This document shows positions 24,540 through 39,310 of a DNA stretch of 64,000 nucleotides, piece after piece. How positions within the stretch are numbered: position 1 is the first letter of the stretch; every line of letters starts with the position of its first letter. Source of the stretch: Octopus vulgaris (Eukaryota); NCBI GenBank assembly GCA_951406725.2, contig OX597814.1, positions 58,900,001 to 58,964,000 of the forward strand, in the 5' to 3' direction. The position numbers were made by a program, and so were the translations under genes. Under the pieces are notes generated by a model, which was not told where the DNA came from, searched no databases, and saw only the letters and a program-made list of their open reading frames with translations.

Positions 24540-26570
24540 TTTATCGGAATATGCCTCTTCAAATTTTGTTGGCTTTCAAGTATTATCTGTCATTAACTAT
24601 TGAGGGTTGACGGCAGCACTTAGTTTTGATTAGCTTCTTTGGAATAATTTCATTTTGCATTCCAAAAATCATTTTTTTTCTGCAAATATTTTGAATGAAT
24701 TTTGTTGTGCCGAACGAAGCCTTATTTATATATCATTAATATGATATCTACATACGGAGATACGGTTTAGATATTAGCCCTTCCAACATAAAACACACAT
24801 TGTTTGACTGTGGCTATGCTGGAGCACCGCCTTAAATTATTGCTTTAGTCGTAGTACTTATTATAACGGTTCTTTTGCCGAACAGGGAAGTTACGGGGAC
24901 GTAACCACATCAAACTTGCCTGTCAAGCGATGGTGGAGGGGCAACCCCAGACAGAAAGGCACACCCATTCAAATATCCACTCACAAGGCTTTGGTCAGCC
25001 TGATGCTATAATAGAAGACACTTGCCCAAGGTGCCATGTACCGGAAACACGATACCAGCAATATAAAGGCAACAACAACTGGATATAAGATCATTACACC
25101 GAACAAAACACTTTTCCTTTTTAAAAGTGGCGTAATACTACTCCAGAAATTCTTCGCTCCCCTCCTCCAAAGAAAATATAAACAGATAATGTAATATACT
25201 CAGTATATGTTTGTAAACACATAATGGTGGTTATTTTTTTCATTTGAATAGATAATGCAAATTGAGAAACAGGATTTTGTAGTATAGATTTCAAATATTA
25301 CTCTTATATTTAGTACATTAATATAGTTTATCTCAACAAGTTAATCGGTAATACTTATGATTTATTCAGGAAATATATTTTTATATTAAATGTAAATTTA
25401 ATGAAGACAGTAAATTATACTAAAGAGAATGATATTTCGGATATATATTTCTCAAAACTGGTTTCTTAAGATAAATATATTTGAATTGCTACAAACCGAA
25501 TTTATTCATCTATAAATATCTATAAAGTAAATAGATCAATAAAATGATTCACCTATGTTCTTAATAAAGGTTATTAACTTAGATCTCTCTACAATCCGTC
25601 ACACACAAAAATAATTACAAACATCCATATACACATAGACACACTCATACATACACACACACATATATATTTATATACATATATGTATTTATATTTATTT
25701 ACATATGTGTGTGTAGATGGATAGATGCATGCATACATTCATATACATTATATATAGGCTGATGAATTTAGATATATGTATGTATACGCACTTTTGTGGC
25801 TTGCTCACAAAAACAATTCCACTCATCTATTATAGATCATTTAGTGAAATGTTTTCATATATGTGAGTTTCTTTGTAAGAAATACTTTTTGACTCTGCTT
25901 CCATGCCCTTAGTTTTGAATTCAGTTTTGGTTTATATACATATCTCGAATATATATTCATTCATCTCATAATCGTTATTTTATTCTCGTAGGAAAGCAGC
26001 AAACTGACTGAAGTATTATCGTGTCGGTGGAAATATTAAATGGCATTTCTTCCCACGTCATTTCAAAATCAGCTATGTCCTACATTACCTTCAGAAATCG
26101 ATACAATTAAGTACCAGGCATACACGTGGAGTGCTGCAATTGACTTATTCCTCCTCTAAAACCACTGGATTTGTGCCCAAATTTCGAAATTTTGGTATAT
26201 ATTTATATATATAATTTTATGTGTAGGGTATGATTATAGAATATGTATATTAACATGCAATTTGTTGGAAGTGGCGTGGAATTAGTTGTACAGAACAATT
26301 TTAAAATTAGAAAACCCCTAAATATAATACGAATCCCTAAATCGGTGAGCATCAGAAACGCTAGCACTCCGGGCAAAATGATTAATGGCATTTAATCCAT
26401 TCTGACTTTGCCTTTCATAATTTTGGAGTCGATAAAATAAGTACCAGTTGAATATGGGAGTCGACGTACTTGACTTTTCCTCTCCCTTGAAATTGCTGTT
26501 ATTGTATCGATACTTGAAACTAATATTACAAATTCCTATTCTGAATTCATTGCTCGTTAGTATTTGCGAA
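24540..26570 (-). pseudogene. iGluR-like ATD of unit 4 (fragmented by SINEs)
   Basis: SNEFRIGIC (ATD first strand), RNIILFS, KYKSNI, SFGTTKFIQN..RK (cf. GLTG.I.F...G.R), R*TLIY. Confidence 0.4.
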
Positions 26571-26649
26571 CTCAATCCCGTATATATAATAACAGACATG
26601 AGCCACGACATCATATTTTTTACTCCAATTAATTGTCTTAAAAATACGT

Positions 26650-28077
26650 GTATATCATGAACGTACATGGATTACATTGTTATAACAGTTTTAGAAGTAT
26701 CTAAGTTGTGTCGTTTGCTTCTCGCAATGCATTAGAAAATGTCTGGTGACGTCTCAGACGCATCGCCTTTCATGTGACAAAATGTTTGTTGTTGACTTTA
26801 AAAGAAATTGCCTTTTAAAAATGTGATATAGAATTACTGGCACTGCGGGGCTTTTTGAAGAGAGCTAGACAGCTACCTCATTCTGAAGCCATGTTTATAT
26901 CAAACACCATATTGATTAGTGTGTGTCTTGTTTTCTTATGACTATCTACGTTAATTCATTCTTTGAAGTAGTTTAAAAAAAGTTTTATGATAACTATGTT
27001 TTAACATGTTGGTATATTCTCGGACGTGAGTTGCGCGCGTGTATTCGCTCCCTTCTAATCTCAAATAGTAGAGAGATCTTCTGTATATGTGCTATCTTGA
27101 AAGAAACGTCGATAGACATAACAGGTTAGCTTGGAGGTTGAGGAGTTGTGGTCGCTGAAAACAGTGGTAGTAGTACCTATAATTGTCGTAGCTCTGGGAA
27201 TAGTGAGTAACACTCTTGAGAAGTACATGGAACAAATATGGGCTGCATTAACGGTGGAGCAGAAAACACTTCAATATAAAGGGTGTTACTTTAGTTTACT
27301 GGTAGTGAACATCTGCCACTGTAGTACATCTCCAGCGTTAGAATATGTGCAAAGACAATAAATAATAATAGTATCCTTTCTATTGCAAGCACAATGCCTG
27401 AACATTGGAGGGGGAGGTTAGTCGATTACATCGACCCAAGTACTCAACTGGTACTTAATTTAATGACTCCAAAACGAAGAAAGGCAAAGTCGACCTCGGC
27501 GGAATTGGAACGCAGAACGTTGTGATAGACTGGACGAAATACAGCTAAGTATTTCGCCCAGTGTACTAACGATTTTGCCAGCTTGCAGTCTCTTAATACT
27601 AATAATAATAATAATAATAATAATACGTTCTAACTATTCTCAGTGCATATTTATATGTATATATATATATATATATACGTACAAACATACACACACACAC
27701 ACACACACTCACACACACACATACACATATAATTGTATTTCTTTATATGCTTGTAAATGTGGATTTATTATAGTGTGCATTCATATTAAATTGGAGTGCA
27801 ACCAAAATCTTTAATTAATAATCTATTCGTAATCAATACTATCATTACTTCAGATATAAACAGCTATACACTCGTAGGTCGGACTATTTATATCATAGGA
27901 TAGATTCAATATCCAAAAGTTGATTTCCCGAAAATTACTTTAACTAATGTAATACTGAAATAAATGTAGTCGTGAATAGACCTTTTTTTGCCATTCCCCC
28001 ATCAATAGTCAAAATGTACAATGTTCTTCTATGAATATCTGTGTGTGTATGTCTGAGTTCGTTCACGTATATAGATA

Positions 28078-28123
<46 letters not shown>

Positions 28124-28136
28124 TAGATAGATAGAT

Positions 28137-28167
<31 letters not shown>

Positions 28168-28560
28168 TAGATATATAGATAGATATATATATAGATAGAT
28201 AGATACATTGAAAGATACTGATATATACTAATATATATATATATACATATATATATATACACCGATTTATTAAAGCCGAAACTATCTTCACGGTCTGTCA
28301 CTGCGATTTCACGTGAGCGTTCTAATGACAGTTGCAATAATGATAAGTAACCAGTATCATCGTATTTGTGTACTATTTTTACCTCCTTCTGTTGCATTTA
28401 TGCGCTTACTCCGAACACTACTTATAGATAAGACTCATGGATAAGTAATTCTTAGGCATGCCTACATGGAACTCTTACTACAGAAAACTAATAATTTCAC
28501 CAGTCGGATGAGGTGAAGAGCCCTACATTAAGCAAACGTAAAATCCCTCCTTGAAGATGG
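26650..28560 (-). pseudogene. iGluR-like module 6
   Basis: HLQGGILRL (S1 start), [25 protein letters not shown] (cf. APLTITLERE.VIDFT.PF.SLGI), FSITLVKVIFG..YP..VRPTSV*LFISEVMIVLITNRL..TPI (M2-M3), QFLLKSTTNILSHERRC (cf. AMPA-type AYLLESTMNEYIEQRKPC). Confidence 0.7.
27100..27372 (+). mobile_element. 3' fragment of an R4/Dong-like (RLE) non-LTR retrotransposon with (TAA)n tail
   Basis: LWSLKTVVVVPIIVVALG; homologous to 40,690-40,960 (minus). Confidence 0.75.
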
Positions 28561-28749
28561 AGGCTAGTATTATTCAATGGCGGAATCAATTTACCAAGAC
28601 TTTTTGAACCACGAAACCCCCAGAGACAGGTTCTTGACTTTTAAAACTTTTACACAATGACTTTAGTTCTTGTTATCGTTTCTATTCTGTGAGCGTCCGG
28701 TCTTTTTATATGAAAACATATGTACATGTTATGTATTAAATGTATTTAA

Positions 28750-28799
28750 TATTTTTTAAAATTTCGACGTACCTAACTTTATCCTTACATTTACTCCTC

Positions 28800-28839
<40 letters not shown>

Positions 28840-29765
28840 GTTTATATATATACAAGAGTAAGCACATAAATCGAAACAAGGTGGAAAAATAGTAATCAAA
28901 TACCAGAGGTAGAGTCATAGGCTTTATTAAAGAGCAGCACAAATATCAGAGTTTCGAGTTCCCGTTCATCGGACAGCAAGATATTATATTATAGTCTTGT
29001 TTCATTGGTCCTTTCCACTAAAGGTTTTTCCAATAACTGGTTGCATGAAATAACAAATTGCGGTTTAAAATCATATTACTATAAAAATCGAAAACCTTCA
29101 ATCAAAAATAGCTTGGAAAGGAAGAAATATGTCTGAACAACCAGGGTAAATAATTAGTTGTAAAAATAATAATGAATTAATAAATTAAAAGATATATCTG
29201 TTTAACATTTTCTTCACGCTACATTACTTATAAATTTAGCAAAAGCACATACCAAACAGTATATAATATACGAATATACACTAAACATACAGACGTAGGT
29301 ACATGGATACACACATGTACAGACATATATAGGCAAATCATAACTATATATAAATGCATATATCTGTAAACACGCACATACACGCACAGATACAAAATAT
29401 CCTGGTGTATGCTTACACAGGTTAGTTGTTACAGGCAAAAGAAAGGAAAGCTAAAAAATATCATGGAATAACAAGTGACGGGGGGAAGGTAAAATCGGTG
29501 AAGAAGAAAAGAAATACAAGAAAAAGAAACAGACAATTAGAGAGAGAAGGAGAAAATAGCCAGAGGTAGAGAGTGAAATGATAGCGTTCCAATAAGTATC
29601 TAACCAAAGTTAGATACTTCGTTGTGCTTGCGAAACGAAGACATAAAAAACTCACACGTCAAATTACATGTATATCTACATAAATACAAGCATACATACA
29701 AATATACACACATATAGACATGCACACATATATACAACTAAATATATACGCAAATGCATGCTCGC

Positions 29766-29801
<36 letters not shown>

Positions 29802-30332
29802 TTATACATACACATCTATATATGTATTGGACATTTTTATTTAGAATACAGGAAGATAAACTTATATGCAGAAATACAATTGCTTTTGATAGATACACAT
29901 TTGAAAATGGGTTTGTTTCATTGGTTCTTTCAACTAACGGTATTTTCAATAACCGGTTGTATGAAATAACAAATTGCGGTCTAAAATCATATTACTATAA
30001 AAATCGAAGAATACCCTTCAATCTAAAATAGCTTAGGAAGAAACTAAAAAAGCCTATATACCCAGGGTAAATATTTAGCTGTAAAAATCATAATAAATTA
30101 ATAAACTAAAAGATATATCCGTTTAAAAAATGTTTTCATGCTAGATTAATTGAATATTTAGCAATATATACACATACATATAAAAACACACACATATAAT
30201 TACATGCATATCTATATAAATACAAGCATACATACACCTACATATAGACACTCAAACACTATGCAAATATTTACATACGCAAATACATGTCCAAATATAT
30301 AAATATATATACACTTATACATACACACCCAC

Positions 30333-30387
<55 letters not shown>

Positions 30388-30394
30388 TATGTAA

Positions 30395-30433
<39 letters not shown>

Positions 30434-33016
30434 TATGCATATATACATATACACATACATATACATATATACACGTACACACACATACCTACAATACATA
30501 CATACACATTAATATATAGAGACATATCTTCACATCATGATAAATATATACATTATAACGTATATATGCAAGCATTAAAAAGAACACGTTTTAAGTCTTC
30601 TTTGATACAAAGCAGAAATCTTATGGAAACAAATTTGGCATTAAATCTAAAAATTCAGCACCTTTTTCGGTATTGGAAGCCTTTGAAAAAGACCTCTCGG
30701 GCTTATTAGAAAAGTTAAATTCCGCAAATTCAACAACCAACTCCAGAGAGATATGAAGGAAAATATTAGAGACGTAAAGAACTCGGATAATATTTTCGTA
30801 AACTCCGAGTAGGCAAAAACTTATACGCGTTTGACAAAGGTGCTTATAAATGTCTACTTTCGAACAGCATCACGGACAGCTACAAAATAGATAACACAGA
30901 TTTATATAAACAGGTAAATTTGGATGCAAGAATTGCTAACAACCTTAAAGTTAGAGATAGAATAGAATACTCCTCCCTACCTCAACCCTTGATTCCCATA
31001 AAGGCCCACAAAGTTAATTTCGATAGAAACCCTAAATGTAGACTAATTAACCTAGCTAAAACTAAAATAGGAATTATTTGTAATTATATTTTAGATCGTA
31101 TTTTAAGCCAGTTAAATAGTGAATAAAATTTACAGAGTTGGAAAAATAGCACTTCAGTGATAAATTGCTTCAAAGTCATAAGCATAATTGCAAATTTACG
31201 CTGTTTGATATTGTCGATTTTTACCAGTCGATATATATGCCTTTGCTTCTAAAAAGCATTAGACGTAGCCTAGTAGTATGTCCTCATCGATAGCTCGGAC
31301 ATAGATATTATCCTGCATGCAAGGAAATCACTTCGTTTTTACAATGATTCCACCTGGGACAAAAATGTACTGATGGGGGCTTATATGATGGGGAAGAGTT
31401 GTGTATACTTATAGGAACTTATATTTTGTATAATCTGCATCATGAATTCCCTTTTATAGATGCAGGATTATACGGGGATGACGGTCTTATGGTCATCCAT
31501 AATTTAAATGGCCATATGTTGTATAATCTTAGGAAGAATCTGATTACTTTCTTCCAAAGAATGGGCTTACTGATTAACGTAGATTTTTTTAATATCAACT
31601 TAGATTCTCAATTAGATAAATTTAAGCCCTATTCTAATCACAGTAGAAAGCTATGACCTATTAGCAAAGAATCTAATCATCCACCTGTAATTTTTAAGAA
31701 CCTAGTTAGTTATATAGGAAGGCGAATATCATTAATTTCAATTTCAGCATAACACGTATTCTGTTTTTACTAACAACCACAGTACCGAACTGCAACTTCA
31801 AAAATAAGACTTGCAGTCAGTTGAAAGGTAAATGTCTTGAAAAAGGAATTGTTTATAGGGTTAAAGTGCAAGTAGATGACTCACAGGAATATAACTCATA
31901 CACTGGAGCTTCCGAAATTTCATTCAAGACTCGATTTTATTCCCACCGAAATTCTTTCCTATATCCCAAGAATAGGAGAGCAATTAGTCTCACAAAACAT
32001 GTCTGGGAACTGAAAGAGAATTACATCAGTTTTTTTCAGTGTAACCTGAGAAATTCTAGAAAAAGCATCATCGGGGTGGCTATAGGCGCAGGAGTGGCTG
32101 TGGCAAGTAGCTTGCTTACCAACCACATGGTTCCGGGTTCTGTCCCACTGCGTGGCATCTTGGGCAAGTGTCTTCTGCTATAGCTCCGGGCCGACCAATG
32201 CCTTGTGAATGGATTTGGTCGACGGAAACTGAAAGAAGCCTGTCGTATATATGTATATATATATATATATATGTGCGTGTATATGTTTGTGTGTCTGTGC
32301 CCCCCCCCTAACATCGCTTGACAACCGATGCTGGTGTCTTTGTGTCCCCGTAAATTAGCGGTTCGGCAAAAGAGACCGATAGAATAAGTACTGGGCTTAC
32401 AAAGAATAAGTCCTGGGGTCGATTTGCTCGACTATAGGCGGTGCTCCAGCATGGCCGCAGTCAAATGACTGAAACAAGTAAAGGAGAATAAAGGAGACAT
32501 GGAGCTTATAAAAGACCCATAAAATGTAATTTGCCTCTTAGAAAAGTTTTCATCCTGTTCCAAGATAGGCATGATTTGAACCGGAAACGCAAGATTTTAA
32601 ATTCCTGCAGGCACGCTGCGAGGTTTAAAATTTCAACCGATAAAATACTGTATGTTTTAACTTTCGGAAAATTTTGACTGAGGCATTTGAATTAGACTTT
32701 ACTGCGTATAATTATTTTATATTACAATGCTAGTGCATATTTCGATTTCACTTTTAAGAAGGCCTTCGAATATTTTACTAATTAGAGCTTAAGATCCGCC
32801 GAGGTTTATTTTCATTGTTCACTCGCGAATTTAATTATGCTGTTAATTTATTGTGCAATATCCTTATTTTAACATTTTGATATTATATATACCAGACAGA
32901 TATTTTAAATGTTTGCGTATATACGTTATGATATATATATTTATATTGATGTGAAGGTATGTATCTATATATTTATGTATGTATGTATATCTATGTATGT
33001 TGTTACATATATATAC

Positions 33017-33102
<86 letters not shown>

Positions 33103-33960
33103 ATATGTATATATATATTTCCATATGTGGGTACGTATTTGCGTACATATTTATTTGTATATTTGTAAACGTGTCTACATATGTGTGTATTCGTATGTAT
33201 GTTTGTATTTATGTAGATATTCATTTAATTTGATGTGCTAGTTTTTATATGTCTACGTTTCGCAAGCTGCACGATGCATCCAGATTTCGTTAGATACTTA
33301 TTGGAACACCATAATGTCACTCACTCTACTTCTATCTATTTTCCCTTTCTCGCTCTCATTTTCTGTTCTTTTTTCTTTTATTTATTTTTCTTCTTTTCCC
33401 CTTTTTTCTTTCTCAGCCCACTTGTTATTCTCTGATTTTTCTCCTTTTCTTTATTTCGCCTGTAAACATCTAAGTTGTATAAGCTTACACCAGGAGGTTC
33501 TGTGTGCGTACGTGTGTGTGCATGCATACATATATATGCATTTGCATATAGTTATGTTTTGCCTAAATATGTCTGTATACTATGTAACCATATACCTAAG
33601 TCTGCATGTTTGGTTTATTTACTGTTTGGTATTTTTATATATTGCTAAATGTATATGTAATATAGTATGAAAATATTTTTAAACGGATAAATATTTTAAT
33701 TTATTAATTTAGTATTATTTTTAAAGCTAATTATTTACCGTTGGTATTCAGCACATTTTTCTTTTTTCCAAGTTATTTTTGAAGATTTTAAATCGCAATT
33801 TTCCTTTCATGCAACCGTTTATTGAAAAGACCGTTAGTTGAAAGGACCAATGAAACAAAATCATTTTCAAATGTGTATCTATCAAAGTAATTGTATTTCT
33901 TCATATAACTTGTCCGACGAACGGGAACGTGAATCTCTGTAAAATTTTTTTTGTGATATT
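28750..33960 (+). mobile_element. Degenerate Penelope-like retroelement (RT + GIY-YIG at ~30,570-32,640) with inverted pseudo-LTR copies upstream
   Basis: KAHKVNFDRNPKCRLIN, FDIVDFY, YDGEELC, GLYGDDGL, IVYRV..YTGASE..FKTRFYSH. 28,995-29,660 and 29,850-30,140 are reverse complements of parts of 33,230-33,910. Confidence 0.8.
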
Positions 33961-34012
33961 TTTGCTGGATTTTAATAAAGTATGTATATATATTTTAATA
34001 AAATATAATAAA

Positions 34013-34046
<34 letters not shown>

Positions 34047-34101
34047 ACTTAATTATATATACATATACACACATATATATATATATAAACTTACACACAC
34101 G

Positions 34102-34134
<33 letters not shown>

Positions 34135-35141
34135 GTATATATATGTGTGTGTTTGTGTGTGTGTATGTATGTATGTATATAATCCTTTGTTTCTCTGTCT
34201 GTGCCCAATGCATTCTCAAACAACTCGACCAAATCTAATAGAATTTACCCCGTGAGTATCAGCATTCCATTTTGAGGAATTAAAACAATGCAACTTTGGC
34301 ATTGGATACTGTATTACTTGTCAAAACTCAAAGAATAAAAGCGAAACGATAACCTCTATATTTGAGAGTATTGTAGATCTCTTGAAGCGTTGTGTATTGT
34401 TTGTAAAATATAACATGTCTTTAATGGCTCAACAATGCCAAGTGGACTATAATAGATGTTATAATTTAATTATCCATAGTCTGATATGTTAATAATATTT
34501 CAGAACACAAAAATTCCTTCTTCTGCTATAGCTAGGAATTGATAGAGTCACTGGTATATTTGTTTCTCTTTTATACTTTTACTTCTAATCTCGACCACTA
34601 TTACATTACATTTTGTATATAGCAGTGTATCTGTCTGTGAATGTATGTGTGAGTATATGTCTCACAGTGTGTGTATGTCGTTCCGCGTCTGTAACGTTAT
34701 AAAACACACGATATGTTTCACTTTTATATTTTTACCATTAATTCGAACCACGACAGCATCGTGTGTGAGTTTATATGTTTCAGAATGTCATTCCAGTTTA
34801 GGTACATTATTAAACATACTGTATTTATGAGAGTCCTTGTTAACCACGTCGACGACAACGATGGCGTCACGTTTTGGATATGACTGTGTACATGTCTGTG
34901 TATCTGACTGTGAATGTATGTCTGATCGTATGAATGTACATATGTCTCACAATGTGTCTTTCCACGTTAGATATGTTATTAAATACACTATAAGAATGTG
35001 AGTGCTGGTCAGTTTCTATACGAAATTTCATTTTTATTTCGAGTCAAGCAATATAAAATTTCATAGAGATTATTTTTCTATCTAATGAGATGTAATAACA
35101 TAGCAAGTGACTTGATTTCAGTTCGTTTGCTCGGAATATAC

Positions 35142-35192
<51 letters not shown>

Positions 35193-35582
35193 TATATACA
35201 TACGTATATCTTTGTGTATATATATGTGTATATTTTTGTAAGTACGTATATATATATATATACGTAATATATGATATAATCATAAAGAGGGCAAATGTTA
35301 GTCATTTCTCCGCAGACAACAAAAATTATGGTCAATCTTAATCTTAATCGATTTTCCAACCTTATCAGGTTCTTCTCAGGGGCATCTATGACAGTCTCCA
35401 GCGAAGGAAGCAGCCAAACTATTTATATACTCAACAAATGCACCTCTTACTCTATGAAGGAATCCTAAATTTGCTTATGGATAGTGTTTAACACACTATA
35501 TCTCTCAACGGGGATCTTAGTCCACACAGTATCAAGGATAATATATATGTAACTGTAACGTATATATGTATGTATGTATGTA

Positions 35583-35631
<49 letters not shown>

Positions 35632-35633
35632 CA

Positions 35634-35784
35634 TAACTAAAAATAAGGGTGTCTAAGAGACACCACCATGCCGAAATAGCAGTCAAATAGATGACTCTAA
35701 AAACCATCTTAAGGTTTTTAGAATCAGGGATTTGACTGCTATTTCGGCATGGTGGTGTCTCTCAGACACCCTTATTTTTAGTTA
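35634..35784. repeat. Near-perfect ~55 bp inverted repeat within a dispersed element also seen at 18,637-18,760
   Basis: TAACTAAAAATAAGGGTGTCT..AGCAGTCAAAT / ATTTGACTGCT..AGACACCCTTATTTTTAGTTA. Confidence 0.85.
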
Positions 35785-35888
35785 TAAAAAAATGTTACCA
35801 TTGTGTGGTATTTATTCCCATGCTGGCCACTTGATAATATCGGCATTTAGATATCGATATTATCCTTATTTTTAAATATATATATACA

Positions 35889-35930
<42 letters not shown>

Positions 35931-36009
35931 TATGTATGCATAGATATATACATATTTATACATATATATATATATATTTATATATTTGCACAAACACATA
36001 CACACACAC

Positions 36010-36099
<90 letters not shown>

Positions 36100-36569
36100 A
36101 AGAAAGAGAGGGAGAGAGAAATCTGAAAGAAATATATTTAATGAAATATTCGTCGGATCTAGTGTCCCATAGGATTGATTTGTTGCGTGTTCACACTTAA
36201 ATACTGGGTGTTTCAAAACTCAATTACAATACCCAATGAATTTTTAATATATTGAAATTATTTTCTACTGTAACCATACAGATCAGAAACGAAAAAGCAG
36301 AAAAGCTAAAGTGAATTATTTCGGTCTAGATAGGAAAAGCTAAAGGAATTACCGTGCAGCGGTTTATAGCATGGATTTAGACAATATCGTCATTGATTTG
36401 CAGTAATTTCACAATTGTATCTTTCATTATATATTTCTAAACTCATTAGTTTGTGTTTCCTCTCCCGGCTTTTTTTTTTCTTGGTACGGACATTTTGAAA
36501 TGCCGCTGACAAAACAAACTGTTCATCTATACCTGGAGTGTAATTGACTGTGAGAAGCACTATACTTAC

Positions 36570-38900
36570 TTCATATTAGTTATTGAGCCAATACAGAATT
36601 CTAAATTTGTAAATATTTATTTACGTTTTATATTTCCACTTAATGCATCAGGACATGCAAAAGAAATCTGATAATCTGTTCATGTACCTACCCCTATTTT
36701 TCTCGTCAGTAGGTACATTACTGTTTCGATTAATATATACGTTGTATTTTTGGGGGGCACACATGTAAACGTATACATTTGATCTGTCTGGCTTTCTTCT
36801 GTAAGAGTTCGATGAAATGGTGTATTACTATATATATATAAATATTTTTTATTCCCTCAGTTCTAGGTCTGAAAGACTTGCATAAATGTAAATTTCAGAG
36901 TGAGTATAACCACAGAATAATATATATGACATATTCTTACGAATATGCTGGGAAATAGATGATTATATGCATATTTACTAAAAATAATTTTCTTATTATA
37001 TAACAATACATGCTTTTGTGTGTTGATATGTCTATGTGTACAGGTGTGATAATATGTAGTACTTTTCATATTCATGAACATAACTACCCCAAAACACATA
37101 AGATATGGGGTTGGTGTTTCTAATACTGGTTTTGCACAGAAAAATCAGTGGAATTTGGATCATACACTCTTTCGTGATATACGTATACGATGCAGATGTT
37201 TTCTCCATTAAATCTGCAAGTTTATAAACCCTTTGAAATATGAAGCGATGCTTTGACCAAGTATATATTGTATTTGCTATTTCGTTGTTATAAGTAGTTG
37301 CATGGATTCCTGACCTGTAAATATGGATTTTGCTGATGATTGCATGCAGAACATCAAAGGATTTATCGATTTCTGTTTCATATAAGTTGCTGATCGCTAA
37401 ATTTACAGCCTTGTTGAATGCAATCGTCACTATAATAATGCAATTTGTGGTATCGATAATATTCAGCAAACAATATAACTTTTAGCTTAAATCGGTTTCC
37501 TAATCCACTGGATATTCAAATCTTAGGAATTTGGACGATTCTGAAAATAAGAGAGACATTCAATCAGGTTTGAGTAACCTAGTACTGTAAAGTTGCCAAA
37601 CTCGTTCAAATCTTATTCTTACTGAATATGACAGCTTTTTCATAATATTGTAGTATTTTGGTGTAAGAAATAAAAATACTATAATATCATGAAAAGCCAT
37701 CATACTTAGCAAGAATAAGATTTGAACGAGTTTGGCAACTTTACAGTACGCGGTTACTCAAACCTGATTGGATTTTGCTATATATTCAATGGCACTATTA
37801 CACAAGTGATGTTGATTTCACTTTTATCAAACAAAGCACCAGTGAGATGATAGGCCAACGCGTAAAGGCTGGTGACTGCAGATAACTTTGTTCGCTATTA
37901 TATGTCTTATCTTTTATATTTTATTTGTTTTTATACTCGGACTGAGACCGTGATGAGGTTCTATCATGAAGAATTTTAGTCGAACGAATCGACGCAGGTA
38001 GAAATTTTTAACTTGACAATTTTTAAGACGGCTATTATAAGAACGTAAGGACACCAGCAAAGGTTGCCAAAAACATATATATCTAAGCGTGTGAGGGTAC
38101 GTGGATCTGTGTGTGTGTGTCTGTGTGCGTGTGTGTGTGTGTGTGCGTGTGTGTGTGTATGTGTGTGCGTGTGTGTGTGTGTGTGAGTCCTTGTGTTTTT
38201 CGCAACCGGTTTTGGTGTGTTTACGATCCTGTAACATAATAGTCTTAAGAATAGCCACGCTTAAAAACATTATACCTTGATCGATTCGTTTGACCGAAAC
38301 TTTATATATATGTTTAGTAAAATTTTGATTCAAATGAACGTGGTACTTAAGTTCAAGGCAGCAGAATTTAGTATGGTATTATCCATATAATTTAAAATAC
38401 GGTGATTATGATCAAAATAGCAACAAGGATATCCAGAGGTAATGCAGTACGACCGTTTCATGCGACTCCATTTAATTGAATAATGCAAACATTACATCAA
38501 TTTAAAATGACGAACAATCTTCAGCTGCATAAAAATATAAAATTTAGTTAAATTCGAAGGACTCATAAGTATAATTTGTTAAGCCAAAATCATCAAGAGG
38601 ATAAGGAGATAGACAAAGAACATCTTTTACCAACAACATCACAAATGTAACTGAGATCTTTTGAAAAAAGACACTGCCTAACACTGATTATTTATGTTAT
38701 TTAAATTTACTAATGAGGTGGGGATTCAATTTTTACTTATAGGCTAGTTTATCAAATCTAAGAGAAGACCGAGTGTGGTATCATTTATGGGTAGGGGAAA
38801 ATAGATAGACAATTTAAGTGGCAAAGTCATAAATCAAGATTACTTTGAAGCAAAGCCAATTGGTTCAGTAAGAATATACTTCAGATAAGATTTTAGCTGC
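36570..38900 (-). pseudogene. iGluR-like ATD of unit 3, ending at the S1 start with a GTAAGT donor (~36,569)
   Basis: DLSYICDVVG (38,660-38,630), FLRFEYPVD..KLYCLL..YSDD, IFQRVYKLADLMEKTSASYTYIT (ORF 37032..37469), KIGVGT*, IFTNLEFCIGSI; acceptor-like TTATTTTCAG at 37,550-37,541. Confidence 0.55.
37561..37770. mobile_element. MITE-like foldback element with ~63 bp inverted arms
   Basis: CAATCAGGTTTGAGTAACC..AAATCTTATTCTT (37,561-37,620) vs AAGAATAAGATTT..GGTTACTCAAACCTGATTG (37,711-37,770). Confidence 0.8.
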
Positions 38901-39310
38901 TAATTTTGGAAACAAATGCTTATGGGACAGGGAGAATGATTTCATATAGTAGTAGTAAATTTACCTACTATAAAACAATGCTATTTGTATATACACAGAT
39001 ACATTTTAGAGTTAATCTAAAGAATACTAAGAAGGATATTCTTGAATGCTTTCAGTATATATAAACAATTTTACACAATAGAGGGACAGAAAATATAGAA
39101 ATAATTCCGTATTTATATATTTAAATACTAACTTAACATACATTTATAATTATTTATTATATAGAAATTATTGGTATCAATCAATAAAGCAAAAGTCAAA
39201 GGAATATGTTAAAATGTATATATTAAATATTAACAATTCTTTTCTAAGCATATTTCTTTTATTATAAATAGCGAATATACCAGTATAGTTTTACATAAGC
39301 TGAGTGTGAA

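Larger units (their letters stand above)
28630..36290 (-). pseudogene. iGluR-like module 5 (S1 clear; transmembrane part not confidently readable; S2 split by a ~5 kb Penelope insertion)
   Basis: KFIGYCN*VLK..FKCEH..SYGTLDPTNISLN (cf. YEGYCVDL..KYGARDP..WN), [12 protein letters not shown] (35,090-35,055), AEEGI..IVLIPQNGML (34,525-34,260), KF*KSRTC (28,649-28,626). Confidence 0.5.

Noticed and set aside
28945-28980. Hammerhead at Penelope ends (CCGATGA..GAAAC; also near 7 and 33,913)
   Set aside because: The core is altered, and I could not form convincing helices or a cleavage triplet. At best degenerate.
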